Part shown: positions 49,977 through 58,097 of the stretch, piece after piece
Position numbering within the stretch: position 1 is the first letter of the stretch
How the letters are laid out: each line of letters opens with the position of its first letter
Assembly: GCA_031370005.1 (NCBI GenBank)
Contig: JANMPT010000075.1
Span: 14,446-78,445 of the forward strand
DNA from: Bdellovibrionales bacterium
Lineage (GTDB): Bacteria; Bdellovibrionota; Bdellovibrionia; Bdellovibrionales; Bdellovibrionaceae
Reading direction: 5' to 3'
Length of the DNA: 64,000 nt
Notes under the pieces: generated by a model
What the model was told of the DNA's origin: nothing
The model's database searches: none
What the model saw: only the letters and a program-made list of their open reading frames with translations
Program-made: the position numbers and the translations under genes

Positions 49977-51458
49977 ATGAAGCAAATATCAAAATCCATG
50001 GCAATGAGCATGGTCTCGTTTTTAATTGTCTTTTCACCATTAGTTGCTAGTGCTCAAAGTATACTAAAAAACACATTAAGAGTTGGCCAGCGCTACTACA
50101 TTGCAACTGAAAGTCTCAATGTTCGCAGTAGTAACTCAATCACCGCACCAAATATTGTTGGTACTCTTTCCCAGGATGATATTGTTGAAATCTATAGTGT
50201 TTTAGATGAGACAACTCCACTTGTTCAAGTAAAAATTATTAACTCCATAAGTGTGGCGCCGGATGTGGCACGAGAAACGTTTGTCTCTAAGGACTATTTA
50301 AGCAAAACCCCAAGCTTTGCCAATACCGGCAATACCTCATCAAAATACTTCGTGATTCAAAACATTGCCACCGAAAAAACTCGCGTTTATGAAAGATGCA
50401 CCCTAACACCAGATTGCCCACATAAATTAATCTTTGAAACTGACACGGTTGTAGGACGTCCCGAAGAAGGAACCAATTCAGACCCGAAAGCTTACATCAC
50501 ATGGCTTGGTCACTCTCGGATTTCTGAGTGGGTAAAGTTCTACTCAGATGGCGCAGGTACATACCCTCCTTGGTACACAGCAGGCCAGGATATTAGGTCA
50601 ATCCCAAGCCCCATCAGTAATAGCATATCTAAAGTTCTAGGCTCAACAAAGTGGACAGTCAGACGTAACGGAAAATCCACAATGTATGGTGCTTTTGGTT
50701 GGTATGCCGCGAAGCTTACACCTGCGGACGAAACGGGTGTAAATCACCAGTGGATGCATGGAACAATTGGTTGGGGTAAAGATGAAAACAAAGTCATCGA
50801 GATCACACGCGGTTTTTTTGTGAATCTTTTTACAAACCCAGGCTCCCATGGTTGCACTCGTCTCGAGAATCGCTCTATTGCTTTCTTACAACATCTTTTG
50901 CCAGTGGGAACTGATCTTTATCGCGTCTATGCTCGCGAATCCATTCGTGAGTCCGCAATTCCGCTATCCCGTTATGTTGACAAATATCACAATCCTGGCC
51001 ACTGGGAATACATCTTATTAACAAACGGAGCACAAAAAGTGAATGGATTAACAGCAGATGCGGCAACAGTTCGTAACTCTGGTATCTCCATTCTAAATGG
51101 TGTGAATTTTTTAGAAGAAGGTGTTTTTAATTACAATCAATATCCAAACGCAGTAAGCCCTGACTACAACAAAACAGCTTCAAGCGGAAAATCCGGTGAT
51201 CGCTATCAGATTGATTCTGGTCAGCCCGATGATACCACGCATTTTCGTGGCTACTTCTTGGTTGATGAGGGGCGCTTCCTAAACTACCAACACCCAGATG
51301 AAAGAGCTGTCCATGGCAAAGTAAAAATCAGCGGCCTTGCAGATTTTATAACCTCGATTCCAGACTACCTAAGAACCTCTGGCACTCACCATCCACCTGA
51401 AATAAACTATAAAGACAGCGGCAACAATAACGGCAACGAAGCCTGGACCGGAAACTGA
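49977..51458 (+). CDS. L,D-transpeptidase (YkuD) with N-terminal SH3b-like domain
   Basis: SLNVRS; WMHGT...SHGCTR catalytic motif; signal peptide. Confidence 0.85.
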   Translation: MKQISKSMAMSMVSFLIVFSPLVASAQSILKNTLRVGQRYYIATESLNVRSSNSITAPNIVGTLSQDDIVEIYSVLDETTPLVQVKIINSISVAPDVARETFVSKDYLSKTPSFANTGNTSSKYFVIQNIATEKTRVYERCTLTPDCPHKLIFETDTVVGRPEEGTNSDPKAYITWLGHSRISEWVKFYSDGAGTYPPWYTAGQDIRSIPSPISNSISKVLGSTKWTVRRNGKSTMYGAFGWYAAKLTPADETGVNHQWMHGTIGWGKDENKVIEITRGFFVNLFTNPGSHGCTRLENRSIAFLQHLLPVGTDLYRVYARESIRESAIPLSRYVDKYHNPGHWEYILLTNGAQKVNGLTADAATVRNSGISILNGVNFLEEGVFNYNQYPNAVSPDYNKTASSGKSGDRYQIDSGQPDDTTHFRGYFLVDEGRFLNYQHPDERAVHGKVKISGLADFITSIPDYLRTSGTHHPPEINYKDSGNNNGNEAWTGN

Positions 51459-51463
51459 CTACT

Positions 51464-51498
51464 GATTACCAAGGACGCCCCTAGCGCCCTTGGTAATC
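51464..51498. terminator. hairpin between convergent genes
   Basis: GATTACCAAGG...CCTTGGTAATC 11-bp stem. Confidence 0.6.
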
Positions 51499-51510
51499 GC
51501 TAACTATTAA

Positions 51511-51789
51511 CTATGATTTCTTGATTTTCTGCTTCATCTTATCTACTTTTTCATTCACAACATCAGAAATCTTCTGTGGTGAGAACTTTCTTTCCATACC
51601 TTTCAAAAGCTCTGAAACATTGCGAGATGCCTCGTCCTTTTCAAGTCCCATTTTTTGTTGGACAATCCCCGCCAAGGCTTCCGCGTTGCCTTGAGTTTTT
51701 CGAATATCATCGTCTGTGAGTTGTCCCCACTTCTTTTTCAGCTCCCCAGATATTTCTTTGAATTTGCCATCAAAAATTTCTTTGTTCAT
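51511..51789 (-). CDS. CsbD family stress protein
   Basis: GKFKE..G..K.KWG.LTDDD; start at MNKEI after GGAGG. Confidence 0.88.
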   Translation of the reverse strand: MNKEIFDGKFKEISGELKKKWGQLTDDDIRKTQGNAEALAGIVQQKMGLEKDEASRNVSELLKGMERKFSPQKISDVVNEKVDKMKQKIKKS

Positions 51790-51941
51790 ATAAAGCCTCC
51801 TCGCTTGTTTCCATGGAGCATAATTCCGACTCATGCGGTGGATTTGACGTAAACTTCGCAGTTTCGTCAATAAAAACTGATTCTCAACAGTTAGACTGTT
51901 ATTCAGATAACAAACCTGAACTCACACAAAAGGAGAAGTTT

Positions 51942-52214
51942 ATGGAATCAACACCAAGTGAATTAAAAAACTCAACCTCAACTGCTGGCAACTACGCTAG
52001 CGATAAGGCAAGGCAAATGGCAAATACAGTCGCGGACAAAGTCCACAAACAAGAAATTAAAGCTGAAGAAATCTATCACGCAGCAAAAGAACGTGCTGAA
52101 GACGCGATGGATTCATCTGTAGACTTCGTGAAAAAGCATCCTTTCTCTACTGTCGCGGGTGCCGCTGCTATTGGCTTTATAGCCGGAGTGCTGCTACGTC
52201 GCACTAAGCACTAA
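51942..52214 (+). CDS. DUF883/ElaB/YqjD-like tail-anchored protein
   Basis: VKKHP..TVAGAAAIGFIAGVLLRR; AGGAG RBS. Confidence 0.85.
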   Translation: MESTPSELKNSTSTAGNYASDKARQMANTVADKVHKQEIKAEEIYHAAKERAEDAMDSSVDFVKKHPFSTVAGAAAIGFIAGVLLRRTKH

Positions 52215-52227
52215 TAATTAATCCGCA

Positions 52228-52254
52228 AAGCCCTGTCTCTAAAAAACAGGGCTT
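52228..52254 (+). terminator. hairpin after the DUF883 gene
   Basis: AAGCCCTGT...ACAGGGCTT followed by a T-rich tract. Confidence 0.5.
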
Positions 52255-52273
52255 GTTATTTAAAGGAGTTTCC

Positions 52274-52762
52274 ATGCAGTGGTTTGGTTTTTTGCTTTCG
52301 TTTATACTCGGCAAATTTATTAATTCACACTCGCCAGGTCTAAAAGAATCTTTCTTCGATATTCTTCAGGAGGCCACTTATCGCAGCCGCAAGGCAGTTA
52401 TGCTTCTTCTTGGGGGACTTGCTTGCATCTTGATTCTTTGCGGTGGTTTTTTTATGAGTGTCATAGACCTGACCAATCAATTTGATCGAGAGGGTACCCT
52501 GCATTTTACGGCTAATTTTACGGGAGGAATCATTCTTGTGGCTATTGCATTGAGTGTCTTTTCCTGGATTTTCGTCTCGGTGTGGCCTGGAGCGCGTAAC
52601 AAAAAAAAATCAGAGCCAGTGAGCCCTTCCCAAACATCAGGCTCTGCTTTAGAACAAGCCTTATCATTACTGGTAATGGACTTTATAAAAGAACGGGAAT
52701 ACAAGCGAGCACATAAACGAGAAAACAATCGAGAGCATCACGAACCTCCTATTGAAAAATAA
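52274..52762 (+). CDS. membrane protein (YqjE-like context)
   Basis: Two TM helices; AGGAG RBS; follows DUF883. Confidence 0.65.
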   Translation: MQWFGFLLSFILGKFINSHSPGLKESFFDILQEATYRSRKAVMLLLGGLACILILCGGFFMSVIDLTNQFDREGTLHFTANFTGGIILVAIALSVFSWIFVSVWPGARNKKKSEPVSPSQTSGSALEQALSLLVMDFIKEREYKRAHKRENNREHHEPPIEK

Positions 52763-52801
52763 TCCTTTACGTTTCCGTCAAAGAGGTGTGATAATTCCTC
52801 C

Positions 52802-53581
52802 ATGATATCCTGGAACGTAAGTCCGACAATTGCGAGGCTGGGCCCTCTTCAACTTCGCTGGTATGGCTTGATGTTTTTAATTGGTTTTTTACTTGGCTAC
52901 CAGGGTATGAAAAAAATTTGTATCTGGGAAAAAAAACCTTTAGAGAAACTTGATTCATTACTCACTTATATATTTCTAGGGACACTCATTGGCGCCCGCC
53001 TCGGGCATTGTCTATTTTATGAGCCCGGATACTACTTCTCGCACCCCATGGATATTTTTAAAATATGGGAGGGCGGCTTAGCAAGTCACGGCGGCGGCCT
53101 GGGAGTCTTGTTTGCAATTTGGCTCTTTTCACGCAAAAACGTCGAATTTCCAATGATGTGGATATTTGATCGAGTGGCAATTTTCGTTGTTCTCACTGGC
53201 GCCTTTATTCGCATTGGCAATCTGATGAATTCAGAAATTATTGGACGACCAACGCATATTTTTTGGGCCTTTATTTTTGAAAGAGTTGATAACTTACCAA
53301 GGCACCCAACACAGATTTACGAAAGCCTAAGCTATTTCGTTATTGCTCTACTTGGCTGGTTCACCTACAAAAAATATAAAATGAAATTACCTCAAGGACG
53401 TATTTTTGGAATGACTATAGCTCTCATTTTTATTTCAAGATTCATAATTGAATTTTTCAAAGAAAATCAAGAGTCATTTGAAGCTACATTGCCTGTAAAT
53501 ATGGGTCAGCTTCTTAGTATTCCTTTTGTCTTAGTTGGGATCTACTTTTATGTGCGATCATTCCAACGCCGCAGCGTTTAG
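52802..53581 (+). CDS. lgt: prolipoprotein diacylglyceryl transferase
   Basis: RWYG, GARLG, GGLASHGG, RIGNLMNSE, RHPTQIYE, MGQLLS. Confidence 0.97.
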   Translation: MISWNVSPTIARLGPLQLRWYGLMFLIGFLLGYQGMKKICIWEKKPLEKLDSLLTYIFLGTLIGARLGHCLFYEPGYYFSHPMDIFKIWEGGLASHGGGLGVLFAIWLFSRKNVEFPMMWIFDRVAIFVVLTGAFIRIGNLMNSEIIGRPTHIFWAFIFERVDNLPRHPTQIYESLSYFVIALLGWFTYKKYKMKLPQGRIFGMTIALIFISRFIIEFFKENQESFEATLPVNMGQLLSIPFVLVGIYFYVRSFQRRSV

Positions 53582-53594
53582 TTAGGCGTCCAAC

Positions 53595-54479
53595 CTATGG
53601 ATATGCAACTACTTCGATGTAAAAATTCCCTTTTACAGTTTTAAAAGGAACTCTTATTGCAACAGATCCCTCTGGAAAGGTCAGTACCTGCCCTGCCCCA
53701 TGAATAATTCTCGGAATAGACATTTGTGCTCCGAACTGGGCTAAATCGGATTTTGCATTTCCATAGATGATATTATTTATTTCACCGACAGCATCTTGGT
53801 TGTCGATGTTGATTTCAGTCTGCTCTTCCATCAACATATTTGAGACAACCTCTAGGAAGCTCATCCTATCAAATGAAATACTTAGTTGTCCTTTAAAGCT
53901 CTGACTGACAATATCAAGGACAGAGGAAATAACTCCTGACATGGGTTCAAAAACACTTTTTATCTCTGGCTTTCCCATGGCAATTTTGCTGACTTGAAAT
54001 TGCCCAAGGACTTTCAGTGTTGCCGTGATCACAGCATTGATCACCCGCACGTCAACAGCATAGCGACAAGCCGCGGGCTCCGCAAGATCACCACAAAGAT
54101 CATGCATCAATGCAACTATGAGCTCCTGAGGATCAAATGGTTTTGAGAAAATTCGACCTGTTTTAAGTGACTCCGGAAGATCTTCAAGTTTTTCGGAGCT
54201 GACAACATAAAGGTGTCCATCTTTGATCTTCTTGACAGAAGAAACACTCGTCGCAAAGCCACTTTCAAGCATTCGTGAAACACTGGTATCTAAAATTATA
54301 GCATCAAACTTTTGATTATCGGACTTCACTGACGCCTGGGCTGCGTCTTTGGCAAAAACAAGAGTCAAGTCGATATCTTTTTTATGAAGTAACTCTGTGA
54401 AAGTTGCCTCACCAAGAGTCTTCTGAATTGTGCCGTCATCCACAATAAGAATATATCGGCGCTTTTTAAGTCCTGTCAT
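53595..54479 (-). CDS. cheX: CheX-like phosphatase with degenerate N-terminal receiver domain
   Basis: ILIVDD...KPF; DAVGEINNIIYGNAK, SIP. Confidence 0.8.
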   Translation of the reverse strand: MTGLKKRRYILIVDDGTIQKTLGEATFTELLHKKDIDLTLVFAKDAAQASVKSDNQKFDAIILDTSVSRMLESGFATSVSSVKKIKDGHLYVVSSEKLEDLPESLKTGRIFSKPFDPQELIVALMHDLCGDLAEPAACRYAVDVRVINAVITATLKVLGQFQVSKIAMGKPEIKSVFEPMSGVISSVLDIVSQSFKGQLSISFDRMSFLEVVSNMLMEEQTEINIDNQDAVGEINNIIYGNAKSDLAQFGAQMSIPRIIHGAGQVLTFPEGSVAIRVPFKTVKGNFYIEVVAYP

Positions 54480-54510
54480 ACGTCGCTCTCGCTCTCTATT
54501 TCACATAGTC

Positions 54511-54538
54511 TTTTCGGCAGTTTTACGGGGAATATTCA
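54511..54538 (-). promoter_or_regulatory. possible sigma28 promoter for cheX
   Basis: TGAA-N16-GCCGAAAA on the minus strand. Confidence 0.35.
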
Positions 54539-54682
54539 GACAAATTATTTTAATTAGATTGGCTTAATCTGAGACTGCAAAGTCGACCACGGTCACTGCC
54601 ATTCCAAAACTATTGTCCAGTACAAGTATTATGTTCCAAATTGAGATTATACTCTGCATAATTTCTCGGCTATAATAAGGGT

Positions 54683-56314
54683 ATGAAGTACATCTATATT
54701 CTTGAAAATGAGAAGAAATTTCGAGATGAGATGATCGAAGCCATCCTTAAAATCGATTCTCAGCTAATGATACGCTATTTTGACACCCTGGAGGAGTTTT
54801 CAAGCTGGATCAAACTTGTCATGCTGGAAGGCCCTGAGGCTATCCCTAAAGGGGGTCTGGCTCCTACTGATCAAAAAGAAAGTGCTGGCGGCACCCATCA
54901 GCTGTCTCTCGTGATTACCAAAAATGAATTTTTGGGTGCAAAACATATGTCGCTGCTTAAGAAAACTCGTGACCTTTTTATTAAAAAAGGTCTGTGTTCT
55001 GCCGAAGACCCAACTTCATTGGTACTTACCAGCTTCGAAAATCCTGACTTTGATATTAAGCTTGCTGAAGATCGTATTATCAATAATGTGATCTTCAAGC
55101 CTTTTGATAAATTAATGTTGCAGCAGCATCTTACTTTTGCAATTTGCGGCCGCCATCCTGCCTCTCAGTATTCTGTGCACAATATGAAAACCACCGCTAC
55201 TATTGAAATGCTAAAAGAAGTTGAAATCGAGGCTTTTTCCGACGTGGGATTCGTTAGCGTTAGCAATCGTCCAATTGCACCTGGATCTTTGGCAAAATAT
55301 TACAGTGCTGCCTTTCTTTCCCTTCGGCACCAAAGTATGATTGCCCTTTGTCTTCGCAGTGAACCACACCCCGACCGCAAGGATCACTATCGTTGCGGAT
55401 TCACTTATCTTGCTGCTGACAGCCTTCAAATTAGCAACATCCGCAAACAGGTTCGCAAAAAAGACCTTAAACCCCTCAACTATGAGTGGTACCCAAAAAA
55501 TCTTCCCATTTCCACTGTAGAAATTGCCTTGATCAGCCCTGATGCGGAGTTGGCTCAGAACTTCAAAGACAATGTTGAAAAAAACTACCGCAATGCCAAG
55601 GTGCTTTTATTTACTAATTTACAAGACTTTATCTATGTGATAGATCCCGAACTCGCCAAAAAAGATAAAAAGGAATTTAATCCCAGTCTGTTTCCTCAAG
55701 TTAGGGCTCCCCTAAATGCGATCTTTGGGGATCAGTTTTTGTTCGAAGATAATTTTAAAGAACGTTGGCAAAGTATTTTAGAGACTGTTAAAAACAAAAC
55801 CCGCCCCCCGAGCAACAACCCCTCAGGAAAAACTGAGCTATTTGTCTTAAGCAAAAAAGTCTTCTCGGATCGAGAAAATAAAGCCATCGGAGAGATTGTA
55901 AAAGATATCTTTTTTACTCCCCTGGACCCTTTATATATGACTAAAAAACTGATGCTCTTTTTACCTCAACTAAGCCCCACAGAAGAAATTCAACTTCCAA
56001 CGGTGAATCAAAATCAAATCGCCAAGGCAGCAAGTCCCATTGAAATTAGCGAATTCTCTGAAGCAGGATTGGTTATTAAGTACTACCGTCCGATCAGCAC
56101 CGGAGCTTTTCGTAAGTTCCTCCTGTGGCTTCCTCACGAACTTGACCTCCCGGAGTTCCTCGCAACCTGCAACTATAACGAGGAGAGCAAGAGCGAAAAG
56201 GGCGTTTTTTTCAATCACTTTGTGTTTTTTGGAATGAATGATCACTACCTGAAACACACTCGCCGATGGATTCTACAAAACCATGTCCACAGTAAAGAGA
56301 GTGAAAATACCTAA
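54683..56314 (+). CDS. hypothetical protein with receiver-like and PilZ-like segments
   Basis: IYILENE, IFKPFD; FSDVGF and FSEAGL resemble the PilZ xSxxG motif. Confidence 0.6.
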   Translation: MKYIYILENEKKFRDEMIEAILKIDSQLMIRYFDTLEEFSSWIKLVMLEGPEAIPKGGLAPTDQKESAGGTHQLSLVITKNEFLGAKHMSLLKKTRDLFIKKGLCSAEDPTSLVLTSFENPDFDIKLAEDRIINNVIFKPFDKLMLQQHLTFAICGRHPASQYSVHNMKTTATIEMLKEVEIEAFSDVGFVSVSNRPIAPGSLAKYYSAAFLSLRHQSMIALCLRSEPHPDRKDHYRCGFTYLAADSLQISNIRKQVRKKDLKPLNYEWYPKNLPISTVEIALISPDAELAQNFKDNVEKNYRNAKVLLFTNLQDFIYVIDPELAKKDKKEFNPSLFPQVRAPLNAIFGDQFLFEDNFKERWQSILETVKNKTRPPSNNPSGKTELFVLSKKVFSDRENKAIGEIVKDIFFTPLDPLYMTKKLMLFLPQLSPTEEIQLPTVNQNQIAKAASPIEISEFSEAGLVIKYYRPISTGAFRKFLLWLPHELDLPEFLATCNYNEESKSEKGVFFNHFVFFGMNDHYLKHTRRWILQNHVHSKESENT

Positions 56315-56321
56315 GCTCCTC

Positions 56322-56350
56322 TTGCGATCTTCAGACAAAAAGGCTAAGCT
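56322..56350 (+). promoter_or_regulatory. sigma70-type promoter, probably leaderless
   Basis: TTGCGA-N17-TAAGCT, 6 nt before ATG 56357. Confidence 0.5.
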
Positions 56351-56356
56351 TGCTCA

Positions 56357-56863
56357 ATGAAAAAAGCTGTAAAATCCAATCACAAATTGCCCCTGGAACT
56401 TACGCGAAAAGACTCAATATTCTTAAAAATGAAAGAGCACAAAATCAAAGTCACGAGTCAACGCCTAAAGATTATTGAGTGCCTACTAGAGTCTCCGCTC
56501 CCTCAGACAGCCGAAGAAATCATGGCTAAACTCAAAAAAAACAAAGAACCTGGCAAATGCGATTTAGTGACTATTTACCGCACACTTCATCAGTTCGAGA
56601 AAATTAAAGTCGTAGAGAAAAGCTTTTTCAGCGAAAATACAGCGCAATATTGCATCAATGATCTTAATGACCATCAACATCATCACCATTTTTTGTGTAA
56701 AATGTGTCAAAAAATTACTGAAATCAACTCCTGCCTTTTAGAGGATCAGCTCAGCCAGCTGGAGAAAAAGGGGTTTCGCGATATCTCCCATCGTCTTGAG
56801 TTTTTCGGTGTTTGTCCGCAGTGTACACCTAAAAATAATCTGCTCTTGAAAGGACCTATATGA
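56357..56863 (+). CDS. zur: Fur-family regulator, probably Zur
   Basis: T.QR, TIYRTL, HHHHFLCKMC, G.CPQC; precedes a ZrgA-like gene. Confidence 0.8.
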   Translation: MKKAVKSNHKLPLELTRKDSIFLKMKEHKIKVTSQRLKIIECLLESPLPQTAEEIMAKLKKNKEPGKCDLVTIYRTLHQFEKIKVVEKSFFSENTAQYCINDLNDHQHHHHFLCKMCQKITEINSCLLEDQLSQLEKKGFRDISHRLEFFGVCPQCTPKNNLLLKGPI

Positions 56864-57375
56864 AGTCATATTTAATAATTGCTGGAATTCTAGTCTCCCT
56901 TTCAGCCCATGCCGCAGAAAAACACGAACATCGCGAGCATGGCGCACATACTCACGGCTCGGCGGAGCTATCAATCGCCTTTGATAGCGCGCAGGGTAAA
57001 ATTGAGTTTAAAAGCCCTAGTGACGGAGTGATCGGCTTTGAACACGCAATAAAATCAGCATCTGACAAAAGAGACAAAGATAATGCCTTTAAAAAGCTCG
57101 AGATAAATATTTCCGAAATTATTAGTTTTGATAAATCTTTGAAATGTAAAATCTTGAAAGATAAGATTGAGATCATTGCTGAATCTGATAGCCACAGCGA
57201 CACCAATGCTAGCTTCACAGTAAATTGTGAACGCTCTCCATTAGGCACGAAAATCATTTTTTATATTCAAAAATTCTTTCCACATATAAAAGACATTGAT
57301 ACTCAGATTATTGTCGACAATATTCAAAAAAGTGCTGAGATCAAAGCCAACGGGACAAGTATCGAACTTAAATGA
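56860..57375 (+). CDS. DUF2796/ZrgA-like periplasmic zinc-binding protein
   Basis: Signal peptide; HEHREHGAHTHG, SP...GFEH, HSD. Confidence 0.85.
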   Translation: MKSYLIIAGILVSLSAHAAEKHEHREHGAHTHGSAELSIAFDSAQGKIEFKSPSDGVIGFEHAIKSASDKRDKDNAFKKLEINISEIISFDKSLKCKILKDKIEIIAESDSHSDTNASFTVNCERSPLGTKIIFYIQKFFPHIKDIDTQIIVDNIQKSAEIKANGTSIELK

Positions 57376-57548
57376 AGAAATTGCTGGAATTAAAATCAAC
57401 TTTTAAAGACTCAGGCCTCAAGGGAGTTGTACGCAAATATGGCTGGAAGCTATTTCTTGGTGTATTAGTTTACTATCTTATTCGAGATATCACGATCTAT
57501 ATTATTTTGCCCTATTTAATTTATCAAGGCTTTGCCGGGCAATCATAA
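57372..57548 (+). CDS. 58-aa small membrane protein (not in the ORF track)
   Basis: ATGA overlap with the upstream stop; MKKLLELKSTFKDSGLKGVVRKYGWKLFLGVLVYYLIRDITIYIILPYLIYQGFAGQS. Confidence 0.7.
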   Translation: MKKLLELKSTFKDSGLKGVVRKYGWKLFLGVLVYYLIRDITIYIILPYLIYQGFAGQS

Positions 57549-57910
57549 AGACGAATGAGTCTCGCACCAAAATATGCTCCAAAGCGAGTAAGACTCCATG
57601 GCGGATATGGTAAAAATTTAACCTCCGCACATTGACCTTTTTGCACAACGGCCCAGCGGCGGTCCTCTGATGAGGCTGTGAAAATATCTCCCGTTTTACT
57701 ATCCTTCACTGCCACTGCAAAAGAGAAAACCTGGGAGGCCGGCCTGGCTCCCTCCGTCGCAATAACGGCTAGCGGAACTTCAACCCGCTCAACACCATAA
57801 ACTTCGCCATTGATTTTTGCTGAGAAAATATATGGATACCAATTTACTAAAACAAAACCCACAGAGCCCAAGCTAAGTATTAAAATGAAAATGTATAGAG
57901 CTTTTTTCAT
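57524..57910 (-). CDS. membrane-anchored hypothetical protein
   Basis: N-terminal TM; FSFAVA, SSEDR.WAV, PYPPW. Confidence 0.7.
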   Translation of the reverse strand: MKKALYIFILILSLGSVGFVLVNWYPYIFSAKINGEVYGVERVEVPLAVIATEGARPASQVFSFAVAVKDSKTGDIFTASSEDRRWAVVQKGQCAEVKFLPYPPWSLTRFGAYFGARLIRLYDCPAKP

Positions 57911-57991
57911 AGAGTGAATTTATCACTGAAACTATCTCAATAATCAAGAGTATTATCAAGAGTTTATTAATCTACTGCTTTATTCCAAAAT

Positions 57992-58078
57992 CTAACACTA
58001 CGTTTAATCAGACCTGGGAATTTGCTAATATACGATTGCCCTGGCTATAAGGCCCAGTGAAGCTGTAGACTGGTGTAG
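57992..58078 (+). ncRNA. candidate structured 5' leader of rny
   Basis: Nested pairings CTA(A)CACTA/TGGTGTAG, GTTTA/TAGAC, CAG/CTG, CTGGG/CCCAG, paired by eye. Confidence 0.35.
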
Positions 58079-58097
58079 CACTTGAATTGAGGATAAT

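Noticed and set aside
57911..58097. 6S RNA upstream of rny
   Set aside because: Paired region is only about 87 nt, and zapA/ygfA context is absent; kept only as a generic leader candidate
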